Of a stretch of DNA of 64,000 nucleotides, positions 28,373 to 38,165 are shown piece after piece. Position 1 is the stretch's first letter; each line of letters opens with the position of its first letter. The DNA lies in IMG/VR virus record IMGVR_UViG_3300044796_000330. One strand, given 5' to 3'. The notes beneath the pieces were generated by a model that saw only the letters and a list, made by a program, of their open reading frames with translations, was not told where the DNA came from and ran no database searches. Position numbers and translations under genes: made by a program. Source of the stretch: an uncultured virus (IMG/VR IMGVR_UViG_3300044796_000330). Lineage: Duplodnaviria > Heunggongvirae > Uroviricota > Caudoviricetes.

Positions 28373-30007
28373 GTGGCCAGCACTACAACACAAAAGTCGG
28401 TTGATTATATCATCAACTCGAAAAAACCGTATCCAGATTGGCTTAAGGGGCACGCGGTATTCAAGAATATGGGCAAGATCGATAAGATCTTCCCCAGGAT
28501 AGGTCTTCCTAATTTCAGGGAGACCGCTGACATTATGAACACGGCAGAAGCGAAAAACGATGCCATCAATCTTGTTAGCAACTTAAACCAGCATATGCTT
28601 ACTGCAAGAAATGCGGCATATACCAAGCTCAATGAAGCTTTGCTATCGAAAGACGCAACAAGAGCAGAACTTTGCAACAAGCTCCAATCGATCATCAACA
28701 TCGTTGGAAGTTTGACATGGGCAATTTCTTTTCAAGACTATATCACATTCGATGGTGGAAAGATCAATCTGAAGCTCAGATGTGATGTCTTCAACGGAGA
28801 CAAGAACCCTGTTCTTCGCAAGGATGAAAGCATCCTACGTGCCGTTGGCAAAGTCCGAGAAATGTGCATCACGGCGAATATTCCGTTTGTCGAAATCGAC
28901 AAGATTCAGGAGTTTAAGAACTTCTCGCGCACAAACATCCCGAATAAGAAGTATATGGTCGTCTTCTCCTCGACAGGAGAGGATGGCGCCTGGGATATGG
29001 CTACAATGAGTATGCGCGGCATTCAATCTTGCCAAGCCTGGACTTCTCCTCAGTCCCGCGGTCTAATTGGGAGCTTGTCCTCCAAGTTCGTGGGAGTGAT
29101 GTATATTGCTTCTGACCAGGATATTCCTGGCTACGGCAGCAAGATGATGAACCGATCTGTCGTTAGATTTGCTATTCATACGAAGACCAAGCGTCCTGCA
29201 CTTTTGATCGATCGTATGTATCCGGCTGAAAACAAGGATACGGTTGAGTGCTTCAAGAAAATTCTGCACGAAAAGACCGGACTTGATGTTGTTTATGCCG
29301 CAAGCAACACCAACGATTACTACAACTACTATATCCCCGACGAGCCCAGCAATAAGCTTCTTGCCCCTGGTGAGACTTCGTATATGGATACGAAGATTGC
29401 CGTAGTGGCGCATACTCCGTCGATCAAGGCGGCAAAAACGAATCTCGATTCTCTCACAATCGAGTTCAAGTCGAAAGTTTGTGCCGAACTCAACAATATG
29501 GTGAGAATGCGTCGTGAGATGTATGAGGCGGCGAGAGCAAAGCATGTTGCAATTCGTGCCGAATATGATGCCGCTAAAGCAGCTCACTTGGAGAAGCATG
29601 GCAGCAAACCGGCTTCCGATCGACCCAAGTTCGAACTTCACGCTCCGAAGATGGAAAACGAATTGACAGCATTCGGCGGCGGTGGCGTTATCAATCTCTT
29701 TGAGCACTGCGATAAGCGCTATGGCGCAAATTCCGCGGCCGGGCAGTTCGCAACAATCATCTTCAACAACATCGAAGTCCCGCATCCCGAGGATTGCGAA
29801 ACCCCACAAGAATATCACAGAAGGTATATGATGAGTTTCTTGCGCAATCCGAGTGTCGTGAAAGCTGCTGCGTGGAGAGCCGCGTCTCAGGGAACTTGGA
29901 TGAAGAGCTTCCCCAAGTCTGCTGACAAGTTCTTCATGTTCGTCTTCGGGCAAATGAGAGGGTTTATGATGAATGAAGTTCGTGCTATGATTAAGAAGCA
30001 GAACTAA
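28373..30007 (+). CDS. TMSMRG-family paralog 6 (long form)
   Basis: IFPRIGLPNF; WDMATMSMRGIQSCQAW; IDRMYP. Confidence 0.85.
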   Translation: MASTTTQKSVDYIINSKKPYPDWLKGHAVFKNMGKIDKIFPRIGLPNFRETADIMNTAEAKNDAINLVSNLNQHMLTARNAAYTKLNEALLSKDATRAELCNKLQSIINIVGSLTWAISFQDYITFDGGKINLKLRCDVFNGDKNPVLRKDESILRAVGKVREMCITANIPFVEIDKIQEFKNFSRTNIPNKKYMVVFSSTGEDGAWDMATMSMRGIQSCQAWTSPQSRGLIGSLSSKFVGVMYIASDQDIPGYGSKMMNRSVVRFAIHTKTKRPALLIDRMYPAENKDTVECFKKILHEKTGLDVVYAASNTNDYYNYYIPDEPSNKLLAPGETSYMDTKIAVVAHTPSIKAAKTNLDSLTIEFKSKVCAELNNMVRMRREMYEAARAKHVAIRAEYDAAKAAHLEKHGSKPASDRPKFELHAPKMENELTAFGGGGVINLFEHCDKRYGANSAAGQFATIIFNNIEVPHPEDCETPQEYHRRYMMSFLRNPSVVKAAAWRAASQGTWMKSFPKSADKFFMFVFGQMRGFMMNEVRAMIKKQN

Positions 30008-30008
30008 A

Positions 30009-30344
30009 ATGAGCACAAAAGATCTACATAGCTGGCGCGACGACATTCAGAATATGGATGACGATAAGCAAGACGAAGGAACAATCACGCAGGAACAAGC
30101 AGCCTCCGAGCTTGCCGTGCTTCTGGATTGTTATGACTGGTTTTATTCTGTTGAGGTAGAGAGCGGCAGAATTGTCGTCTATGTCAATAAGATGAATGCG
30201 GATATTCTGCGCATTGTTCCCGAAGTCCTCTACGGGTATAAACCTATCGTTGCTTTTTCAAGCCATCTTCTTTGTGGCGAAAAATACGGGAAATCTGGTA
30301 GTGGTAAATCTGTCTTGAAATCTCCCTCAATTAAGTTCATGTGA
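30009..30344 (+). CDS. hypothetical protein
   Basis: ORF abutting paralog 6. Confidence 0.55.
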   Translation: MSTKDLHSWRDDIQNMDDDKQDEGTITQEQAASELAVLLDCYDWFYSVEVESGRIVVYVNKMNADILRIVPEVLYGYKPIVAFSSHLLCGEKYGKSGSGKSVLKSPSIKFM

Positions 30345-30411
30345 TGGCTACTTTCACGGCATAGTTATAAGACAGCATTTGTAGCTGCCCTCTCTTCGAA
30401 GGAGGTTTCTG

Positions 30412-30858
30412 ATGGTTGAAAATATTGAGGCTCAAAACACCAACGCTCTCGATCCAGTTGTTCTATACATAGTAGTTCGTAAAGAACTCAACATGAGCCC
30501 TGGTAAAATCGCCGCCCAAACAGGGCACGTTATTCAAAAGCTATTGATGCACTACTTCAAAGTGCAAGTCCTTTCGAGGTCAAAACAACAACAAGAGCTT
30601 CATTTCATCAGCGATAAAGAATTATCGAGAGTTGAAACTTTGACTCATTGGGCTGATTCAACGAGCGCGAAGATCGTTCTCGGCGCAACAGACAAAGAGT
30701 TCGATAGTATCAAGGAAGAGCTTGGCAAAGACATTTTTGTGGTAAAAGATGCCGGAAAAACCGAGATAGAACCAGGAACTTGCACCGTCTTGGCTCTTTG
30801 GCCGAGTAAGAAAAGCGAAGTGTGCAAAAGTGTGCGTGGTTTAAGTTTGCTTCGTTAG
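30412..30858 (+). CDS. peptidyl-tRNA hydrolase PTH2 family
   Basis: IVVRKELNMSPGKIAAQTGH; KIVL; DAGKTEIEPGTCTVLAL; AAGGAGG RBS. Confidence 0.9.
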   Translation: MVENIEAQNTNALDPVVLYIVVRKELNMSPGKIAAQTGHVIQKLLMHYFKVQVLSRSKQQQELHFISDKELSRVETLTHWADSTSAKIVLGATDKEFDSIKEELGKDIFVVKDAGKTEIEPGTCTVLALWPSKKSEVCKSVRGLSLLR

Positions 30859-30884
30859 AGTCGAAAAAGAAAGACACATCGAAA

Positions 30885-32810
30885 ATGAGCAAGAGTAAGA
30901 GACAAGAGGAGCTATCGGCTCTCGTGATGTATCATCGCGATCTCTACTACAACGATGAGCCTGAGATTTCCGACGATGAGTTTGATGCTCTTGTCGATGA
31001 GCTTACCCGCATTGATCCAAATGATCCTGCCATTACAATGGTTGGCGCAGAGCTGAGGCCTTCCGAGTGGAAAAAGGTCAAGCATAATATCCCGATGGGA
31101 AGCCTGAATAAGGTTAATCCGCCGAAGGATATGCTGAATTGGATTGCGAAGACCATCGAAGACGCAGATGATCTGTTTTGGACGGAAAAACTCGATGGAT
31201 TGAGTATCGAGCTTATCTATGATAACGGAAACCTTATCCACGCTCTCACTCGTGGCGCAGGTGAAGGTGATGGAGAGGATATCGTTTCTAACGTTGTGAA
31301 GATGGGTGGAGTTAAGAAGCGTCTTCCGTTTTCTGGATCACTTCGCGGCGAGATTATGCTCTTCCGCGATAAGCACGAAGAGTTTTTCCCGGAAAAAGCC
31401 AATCCGCGAAATGCCGCGAGCGGAGTTTCTCGCAGACTTGATGGCGAAGGGTGCGAACACTTAAACGTGTATTTCTATCAGGCTATCGGGAAGCCCACAA
31501 ATGGGCAAAAGATTACCTCAGATTTTGAGCAGTATGAGTTTATCTCCAAGGAATTAGGTTTGGATACTCCTGCGTTTGGCGTTATTTCGGGTTCCGCCGA
31601 TACGAAGTTTGAGAAACTTCTCAAGATTTGGCAAACGTATCAGGAAAAGACGCGCGATAGCCTGAATTACGAGATAGATGGTCTTGTTTGCGGTGTAAAT
31701 TCTTTGCGTGTTCAGGATGAACTTGGCGAAACAAACGGTCGTCCAAAGGGGAAAATCGCTTGGAAGTTTGCCAATCAAATGGTCGAGACAACCATTACTG
31801 GCGTTGCCTGGACGACAAAGAAAGCTGGAAGAATTTCCCCAACAGTTCATATTGAGCCTACACAAATCCTCGGCTCTACGGTAAGCAAGGCAACCGTCTA
31901 TAACTTTGACTACATCGAAAAGCTTGGACTCGGTATTGGAGCCAGAGTTCTAATGTGTAAGGCAGGGGAAATTATCCCAAGGATTCAAAGCGTTGTAAAG
32001 AAACCGAAATCTGTGTTCGAAATTCCCACTCAATGTCCCGAATGCAATGGCAAAGTTGAGAAACAGAACGTATATCTCGTTTGCGTCTCTGCCGGATGCA
32101 TCGGCAAAAAGACAGGTATCATCAATTCTTGGATCAAGAACATTGGCGTAATGGAGTGGGGTCCGGCGCTTATTGACAAGCTGATTGAGGCCGGTCTTGT
32201 GGATAGTATCGCCGATCTTTATCGACTGAACGAACAAGATCTTCTTACAATCGAACGAATGGGCGACACTTCTGCTTGCAAAGCCATCAATGAGCTTTGG
32301 AAGGTGAAGGAAATTCCGCTCCACACGTTTATCGGAAGTCTTGGCATTCTAAATGTTGGCAGAACAACAATTGAAATTGCAATCGAAAACGGAAAAGATA
32401 CACTCGATAAGTTGTTCAATACAACAGAAGCGCAATTTGCAGGAATGAAGGGTATTGGCGAAGTGAAAGCCAAGGCTCTTTACCAAGGTTTGAAGGACAA
32501 TGCAGACCTTATCAATCAGATTATGGAGGCAGGTGTGAAGATTGCGAAGGTTAATAAGCCAGAGCCACCGAAGAGTGGCAAGCTCAAAGGTATGAGGATT
32601 TGCATCACGGGTAAGACCGATAAAAAGCGTGATGAATGGGCTCGTATTATCGCTGAAAATGGCGGGATATTCGAGAAGTCAGTTAAATCTAATACGACAT
32701 TCCTCGTTATCGTAGATCCCGACAGCACGACCGCAAAGGCAAATGCCGCAAGGGCGAATGGAACAAAGTTGATCGACGAGGGAACGCTCGCTAAAATGGT
32801 TGATGTATAA
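30885..32810 (+). CDS. ligA: NAD-dependent DNA ligase
   Basis: YY..EPEISDDEFD, EKLDG, RGE, NPRNAASG, EIDG, C4 Zn finger, HhH, BRCT. Confidence 0.95.
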   Translation: MSKSKRQEELSALVMYHRDLYYNDEPEISDDEFDALVDELTRIDPNDPAITMVGAELRPSEWKKVKHNIPMGSLNKVNPPKDMLNWIAKTIEDADDLFWTEKLDGLSIELIYDNGNLIHALTRGAGEGDGEDIVSNVVKMGGVKKRLPFSGSLRGEIMLFRDKHEEFFPEKANPRNAASGVSRRLDGEGCEHLNVYFYQAIGKPTNGQKITSDFEQYEFISKELGLDTPAFGVISGSADTKFEKLLKIWQTYQEKTRDSLNYEIDGLVCGVNSLRVQDELGETNGRPKGKIAWKFANQMVETTITGVAWTTKKAGRISPTVHIEPTQILGSTVSKATVYNFDYIEKLGLGIGARVLMCKAGEIIPRIQSVVKKPKSVFEIPTQCPECNGKVEKQNVYLVCVSAGCIGKKTGIINSWIKNIGVMEWGPALIDKLIEAGLVDSIADLYRLNEQDLLTIERMGDTSACKAINELWKVKEIPLHTFIGSLGILNVGRTTIEIAIENGKDTLDKLFNTTEAQFAGMKGIGEVKAKALYQGLKDNADLINQIMEAGVKIAKVNKPEPPKSGKLKGMRICITGKTDKKRDEWARIIAENGGIFEKSVKSNTTFLVIVDPDSTTAKANAARANGTKLIDEGTLAKMVDV

Positions 32811-33086
32811 ATGCTGCACGCTACTGTAATAATCCTTTCCTTCTTTGGACTAACCTACGCAATCAAAGAAAGCTCGCTCCTCAATGGGCTTCGAATTTGG
32901 CTACTTGGGCTTCATTCGTTCTTCTACGGAATGCTTGAATGTTGGCTATGCAGTGGGTTTTGGTCGGGTTTAGTCGTATTCTCCCTTGATCGTTGGTGTG
33001 GTCTGCCTGGACAAATGCTTCTCTATGGTCTGGCGTCCGCAGCTATAAGTCTTTTACTCGGTATATTCGTCGATCTATTTACGTGA
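32811..33086 (+). CDS. small membrane protein with CxxC (DUF1360-like)
   Basis: LECWLCSGFW within hydrophobic helices. Confidence 0.5.
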   Translation: MLHATVIILSFFGLTYAIKESSLLNGLRIWLLGLHSFFYGMLECWLCSGFWSGLVVFSLDRWCGLPGQMLLYGLASAAISLLLGIFVDLFT

Positions 33087-33124
33087 GGCGCCACGGAGTC
33101 GATGCGTGCATCATACACGCAAGC

Positions 33125-33153
33125 TTGACATGGCGACGCCGAATGACTATGAT
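33125..33153 (+). promoter_or_regulatory. sigma70-type promoter
   Basis: TTGACA-17nt-TATGAT. Confidence 0.85.
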
Positions 33154-33203
33154 TGAGGCCACAAAGGCAGCGTGTCCGAGCTGAAGAGGATTGGGTAAAT
33201 AAA

Positions 33204-33662
33204 ATGGGTTGGAGTGGATATGGACTATATAATGGAGACGGGACACAGTCTTGTCATATTGAATTCATAAAGACAGCCATTCCAACGTTGTCCGAGGACA
33301 CCATTAGTGGTTTCCTACGAATTAGAGGAACAAGAATTCCAGATAGTTTGATACCTGCTTTCAAAAAAGGCATTCCTTCTATTCTCAAGAATATGCGAAA
33401 GCCTTCGCTTATGAAGTGGAACGAATATGTTGCATTTGATTGGCAGATGTTGTTGTCGTTGTTTGTGGATAATAATCTGAAAGTCCCGCACGATGTCTTG
33501 GTGTATGGTATGGTGTCCTGCCACTATTTGTTAGGCGAGCACTCGGCAGATTTTAACGAACCTGGCAGACGACGGGCTGTCATTAGAAGGTTTATGCGCA
33601 AGGCAGATTCAGAATATTGTTCCGTGAGAGCGCGCAAGGAAATTGCCAGAATATTGGCATAA
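33204..33662 (+). CDS. hypothetical protein
   Basis: MGWSGYGLYNGD N-terminus, downstream of promoter. Confidence 0.55.
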   Translation: MGWSGYGLYNGDGTQSCHIEFIKTAIPTLSEDTISGFLRIRGTRIPDSLIPAFKKGIPSILKNMRKPSLMKWNEYVAFDWQMLLSLFVDNNLKVPHDVLVYGMVSCHYLLGEHSADFNEPGRRRAVIRRFMRKADSEYCSVRARKEIARILA

Positions 33663-33696
33663 AGGTCTCGGAGTAAGGAAAGAAAGGAATAACACA

Positions 33697-34302
33697 ATGC
33701 AAAAGTGGAACGGTAAGAAGATGTGTCAGACGAGTTTCGATAATCTCCAAAAGGGGGATCGGTATGTGATTGAGAACGGCGCGGAGCGCGTGTTCGATCA
33801 CTTCACGAAGGATGACGGTGCGGTCAATACTTTGAAGAAGGTTAACCGTCGCGAGGATATGAGATGGCCTGGATGTGAGAAGACAACAAAGGAGAATAGC
33901 ACAATGAGCGGAATGGCAAAGAGTGGTGGCGGTTTGGTTAGTGATACGCTTGCCCGAGTGGTGAGCGATGGCGAGGATGCGGCGTGGCGCGAGGCTGCGC
34001 GGCAGTGCACGAAGAACATCACGGGGGCACTGGCGGTCGCCCTCGATAAGCGACTCCCGAGCGGTATGCTTGGTCTTGCTCTCGGCAAGATCAATACTCC
34101 GGTGGGCCAGGCTAGCGTCTCATTTTTTGCAGGGCACGTAATGGCAGTCGTCCCTTCGTTCAATCAGGATGCTCGTCTTCGCAGGCTTGCCACTGAGATG
34201 AGAGTCTCGGGCTCGCAGTTCGTTCTCAGTATGGTCGCGGACGCGGTGCTCGATCCGATCCGTGATAGCATCGTCGAGATCGTCAAGGGACTCACCGCCT
34301 AA
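33697..34302 (+). CDS. hypothetical protein
   Basis: AAGGA RBS; internal AAGGAG-ATG at 33904 is an alternative start. Confidence 0.55.
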   Translation: MQKWNGKKMCQTSFDNLQKGDRYVIENGAERVFDHFTKDDGAVNTLKKVNRREDMRWPGCEKTTKENSTMSGMAKSGGGLVSDTLARVVSDGEDAAWREAARQCTKNITGALAVALDKRLPSGMLGLALGKINTPVGQASVSFFAGHVMAVVPSFNQDARLRRLATEMRVSGSQFVLSMVADAVLDPIRDSIVEIVKGLTA

Positions 34303-34329
34303 TCTCGAAAGAGAATTGAAGTAGTAGCA

Positions 34330-34370
34330 AAAACGCCAGCAAGGGATGAAGAATTCTTTGCTGGCGTTTT
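34330..34370. terminator. inverted-repeat hairpin, probable intrinsic terminator
   Basis: AAAACGCCAGCAA ... TTGCTGGCGTTTT. Confidence 0.6.
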
Positions 34371-34387
34371 CGATTTCCAGATAGACA

Positions 34388-34684
34388 ATGAACTTCCATC
34401 CCGGCGTAAAGGTAAAACTCTCACTATACTTCAAACGCTATTGTTGTCAGCGCTTCAACAACAAGAACGAATCTCCATATGCCAAAGAATGGCTTGAATC
34501 GCAGATGCATCATAAAGATCAAATTGGCGAAGTAAGTGTTGTTGAAGCCCGCACGCTTCTTCGAGGATATAGCGGATATTGTTATAACACAATCATAACC
34601 GTCAATTGGCCAAACAACGCTATTTTTAGATACGCACCAAGAGACTTGACGGTGATCGAACCACATCAAACAGGCAATCAATAA
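34388..34684 (+). CDS. small SH3/KOW-like protein (family of 3180/3461)
   Basis: G.KVKLS..FKRYCC...W...IGEV...DL.VI. Confidence 0.55.
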   Translation: MNFHPGVKVKLSLYFKRYCCQRFNNKNESPYAKEWLESQMHHKDQIGEVSVVEARTLLRGYSGYCYNTIITVNWPNNAIFRYAPRDLTVIEPHQTGNQ

Positions 34685-35179
34685 ATGCGCATAGTCAATG
34701 GCTCAATTCTCGAAGCGGACGACCAATATATTTGCCACATTATTAATGCCACGACTCGGCAGTGCGGCTCCACCTCATATTATCTGTTCGAGAAATTTCC
34801 TTACGCCAACTGCTGCACCGAACGTCCAACACTAAAGGCAACTCTGCGAGACTCAGCGTGTGGCAAAATTCCAGGCTACATCTCAATTCATGGAAATGGG
34901 CAAGATAGACGATTCGTCATCAATATGATTGCTCAATACTTTCCAGGTAGCCCCACCGATCCAAATGGAATGAGGGATGGCTTCAAGCAGCGTGAGAAGT
35001 ATTTCTATAGGTGCATCAAAGAGATAGCGGCAATTCGAAACCTTAAGAGCATTGCGTTTCCATACATGATCGGTTGCACAAATTCCGGAGGCAACTGGAC
35101 GAATTACTTGGCGATGTTGGAAGAGTTCGACAAGGCAGCATCTACCCAAGACATAACGGTATCCTTATATCGTGAATAA
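34685..35179 (+). CDS. macrodomain protein (Poa1p/TARG1/DarG-like)
   Basis: IVNGSIL..YICH..N..LFEKFP..PG.I..VINMIAQ..SIAFPYMIGC..GGNW. Confidence 0.8.
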   Translation: MRIVNGSILEADDQYICHIINATTRQCGSTSYYLFEKFPYANCCTERPTLKATLRDSACGKIPGYISIHGNGQDRRFVINMIAQYFPGSPTDPNGMRDGFKQREKYFYRCIKEIAAIRNLKSIAFPYMIGCTNSGGNWTNYLAMLEEFDKAASTQDITVSLYRE

Positions 35180-35221
35180 CTTTTAATCGTGCGCCTCCAA
35201 TCGGAGGGCTCGCCGGTGCAC

Positions 35222-35250
35222 TTGACGAGCGCGCATCGAATGACTATGAT
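35222..35250 (+). promoter_or_regulatory. sigma70-type promoter
   Basis: TTGACG-17nt-TATGAT. Confidence 0.8.
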
Positions 35251-35297
35251 TGACCGCGAGCGGGATGGCACACCTGCCCCCTGAGTTTTGTGGCGAT

Positions 35298-35329
35298 AAG
35301 AGCAGCTCGTAGCTCTATAAATACGAGAC
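35298..35329 (+). repeat. dispersed 32-nt element copy 1 (predicted H-type pseudoknot)
   Basis: AAGAGCAGCTCGTAGCTCTATAAATACGAGAC, identical to 49668-49699. Confidence 0.85.
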
Positions 35330-35376
35330 AAAGAGAACGATAGGCTCCAAAGCGGAGCAAGGAAAGAAGAACAACA

Positions 35377-36426
35377 ATGAGCTTTCAGCAAACAGAAATC
35401 GAGATCCCCACAACAAGCGGCGTTGAGATGACCTCTCGCAGCAAACATGGGTTTGAGAACTTTATGATGCAGTGCCTCAAGGCGCCAGAAGCGCAGTTTA
35501 GGCGTTGGCTCCATAAGGTTTTGACCCGAGCTGGGTTCGAGATTTTCGAAGACGCTTATGAGAGCGACCGAGCGTCGAAGGATTCGAGCTATAAGACGGT
35601 GCATAATATGCTGGCAATCCGCGGCAACAAGCCGAACATCTGCCTCGTTGCGCACACTGACGTTTGTAGAGATCACGAGATGCTTCGCGAGAGCCGTTAT
35701 GGTTCTATGGGGGAATACTCTCACTTCAACCAGGGGCGACATACCTCGGCCGATGAAATCCTTAAGCGTGCTCCTGTTCTCGTTGAGCCGGTGATCAAAT
35801 CTTGGATTGATGAACGCGGGCCGCATCGTATCATTCAGGACAAGAACTGCAAGATTCAAGTTGGTGGAGATGACCGGCTTGGTTGCGCTATCAACACATA
35901 CATCGCGCTCAATAGCGGGTATGCTATGGGTCTTCTTTTCACAACAGATGAAGAATCTGGGCTGAAGTCAGCACGAGTTTGCGACTTCCCGCAATTCAAA
36001 GACTTTGAGCTTATGGCTCAGGTCGATCGTGGCAACAATTCGAACGAGGTTGTTATCAAGATTTCTGGCGATATTCTCTGCACCTATGAGACCGCTGCCG
36101 GATTGCTTGAAATTGCATACGATATCGGATTGCCGAGGACTTGCGTGACTGGCGCACACACCGATGTTTATGCAATGCATAGCCAGGGACGGATCCGAGA
36201 TTGCGTCAATATGACCTGCGGCTACCACAATAGCCACGGCGCAGACCCGACAGAGTATATCGATGTGCAGGAAGCAAAGGATACGCTGAAGTATGTCTAT
36301 GAGATTGTGAAGCGCTACGATCTCAAAAACACTTCTCCGATCGTTGCATCGAACACAGAAGATGCCGATGTCGAAGAGATTGTTGGGACGGATGTTGAGG
36401 AAGCTGTTGCTTCCGAGGCGTCCTGA
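35377..36426 (+). CDS. M20/M28-like zinc peptidase
   Basis: AHTD, GGDDRLG, TTDEESG, QVDR, HTD, GYHNSH metal-ligand motifs. Confidence 0.8.
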   Translation: MSFQQTEIEIPTTSGVEMTSRSKHGFENFMMQCLKAPEAQFRRWLHKVLTRAGFEIFEDAYESDRASKDSSYKTVHNMLAIRGNKPNICLVAHTDVCRDHEMLRESRYGSMGEYSHFNQGRHTSADEILKRAPVLVEPVIKSWIDERGPHRIIQDKNCKIQVGGDDRLGCAINTYIALNSGYAMGLLFTTDEESGLKSARVCDFPQFKDFELMAQVDRGNNSNEVVIKISGDILCTYETAAGLLEIAYDIGLPRTCVTGAHTDVYAMHSQGRIRDCVNMTCGYHNSHGADPTEYIDVQEAKDTLKYVYEIVKRYDLKNTSPIVASNTEDADVEEIVGTDVEEAVASEAS

Positions 36427-36434
36427 CATTCACA

Positions 36435-36761
36435 ATGGATGAGCTAATCGACTTAGACTTGCTAACTGACGTTCTTGGCGATACCGATCCCCTCCTTTTC
36501 ATTAAGGCGGGGTCGGATTCGTCCGTTTATGATAGCGCGGCTAAGATCATTTCCTACGGGCTTTTTCAAGACATTTCGAAAACACAGATTCAAAATCTGA
36601 TCTGGCAAGCGTTTTACGTTGAGTATTGCTGCGGAACTATTGCCGGTAGCAATCCGCTTGTGTATTGGAGTCTCGGCAAGGAGCAGGCACGTATCGTTCT
36701 TGGTGCGCCAAATCGATGGAAGAACTTGGCCTCTATGATTCGCGACTTCATAAACTACTGA
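36435..36761 (+). CDS. hypothetical protein
   Basis: ORF in cluster. Confidence 0.5.
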   Translation: MDELIDLDLLTDVLGDTDPLLFIKAGSDSSVYDSAAKIISYGLFQDISKTQIQNLIWQAFYVEYCCGTIAGSNPLVYWSLGKEQARIVLGAPNRWKNLASMIRDFINY

Positions 36762-36773
36762 CAGAGACTATCC

Positions 36774-37130
36774 ATGTTCCCAGAAACATTTTCCTCGCAA
36801 CAAGAATACGATAACTATCTTTGTTGCAAGGGTAAAATCCGGCTTGGGGATAAAGTAAGCCTATATATCGAAGGGCGGTATGGTGGATTCGCTTGCAATC
36901 ACCATACTATGGATTCAAATAACATCACAGAGCCATTTTTGGTTATAGCAACCATGTTGTTTAATCATGCATATGAATTTGTGATTGGGTCTGAAATTCA
37001 ACAGTATGGCCTATATTCAGGATCATTTTTTCCATCGACGACAATCGCTGATGTGAATAAATACCGATTCCGCTATGTTCTTATCGATACCGACTGTAGG
37101 ATTGCCAAAATCATTAAGGGAACGAAATGA
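36774..37130 (+). CDS. hypothetical protein (C..K/R.R.GD family)
   Basis: CKGKIRLGDKV...RIAKIIKG. Confidence 0.55.
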   Translation: MFPETFSSQQEYDNYLCCKGKIRLGDKVSLYIEGRYGGFACNHHTMDSNNITEPFLVIATMLFNHAYEFVIGSEIQQYGLYSGSFFPSTTIADVNKYRFRYVLIDTDCRIAKIIKGTK

Positions 37131-37554
37131 CTGGCAAATATTCGGATGAAGAGATTGCTATCTTAGATGACCTTGTGTTTAGCGGGTGTGTTATCTCATA
37201 TGAGTTTGACGAATATGGCGTTGTCCTTTCATTCCAAAAGGGAAGGAAAGTGCGATTTGGCGCAAATGCTGATGCTACGGATAATCCTTTTTTAGAGATT
37301 GAGCAAAAATGACCGACATAAAAGAACTATCCAAATATCTGTTTTCTGTTGCAAAATTGTCCAGCGACGAGGCGGGTGCGGTCGCAACGATTGAGGTCTC
37401 GCTTCGTGATTTGGCCAATGCACAGATTGGCCTGGCGACCGCAATCGTTAACCACCACGCGGGCGAGTGGGGCGAGACTGCCCGATGCACCAAACATACC
37501 TGCGCCGATATTGCAAAACGATTGACCGAGCACATTAAGAAGTGAGGTGTTGTT

Positions 37555-38163
37555 ATGAGCAAATATTTGGACGAGTATGGTGAAGAATATCTTACCATGT
37601 TTGATGAAGCTTGTGTTAATATGATGAAAGACAGGCTCAAAACCGGACATCAAATATATGGTGGTCTAAACGATCCCAAGATGCGCGCTCATACGGTGGT
37701 AGCTGTGCCAAATCTAAACTCCGAGGAAAGCATCGCAAAGCTTGAAGAAGATCTTTGGGATTCTATGGAAGCCAAGTTGAGTGATGGTTGGGTTAAAGAG
37801 TATATGGTTTATCCGTATGAGGATATAGCTGTAGGTGTTGTTGCAGACACAAAAGGAAATTGTTCGTTTAAGATAACTTATGGCGGCCCATTTGTCGCGC
37901 TTCTTTCGCACAAGAAGCTGACTTACCGATATTATAGCTATAATGAAGCGATAGAAGAGCCAATAGCGCGTTCAATAGGTTCAGCTTACAATCTTTCGGA
38001 AAGATTTGTAATGGGGGCGCTACAAGGGTATAATGCACCATTGAATCGACGCTATTATTTTTACCAAGGACGCTATTATTTTTACCAAGACTACGATGAT
38101 GGATTCAGTTTTGGGTCGAGAATGAGGGCCTGCATAAGTCCTATGTTGGAAACCGCGCATTGA
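37555..38163 (+). CDS. hypothetical protein (helical family H)
   Basis: LEEDLWDSME..GW; PFVALL; AYNL..FV.G..GY; G..FG.R. Confidence 0.6.
   Translation: MSKYLDEYGEEYLTMFDEACVNMMKDRLKTGHQIYGGLNDPKMRAHTVVAVPNLNSEESIAKLEEDLWDSMEAKLSDGWVKEYMVYPYEDIAVGVVADTKGNCSFKITYGGPFVALLSHKKLTYRYYSYNEAIEEPIARSIGSAYNLSERFVMGALQGYNAPLNRRYYFYQGRYYFYQDYDDGFSFGSRMRACISPMLETAH
38048..38089. repeat. perfect 21-bp in-frame tandem duplication
   Basis: GACGCTATTATTTTTACCAAG x2 (RYYFYQ repeated). Confidence 0.9.
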
Positions 38164-38165
38164 TA

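Noticed and set aside
21392..30007. Diversity-generating retroelement or retron behind the paralogs
   Set aside because: No reverse transcriptase and no near-identical TR/VR pair in the window
35298..35329. preQ1-I riboswitch or CRISPR repeat
   Set aside because: Loop too short and fully paired, and no queuosine genes downstream; copies are kilobases apart with no spacer array
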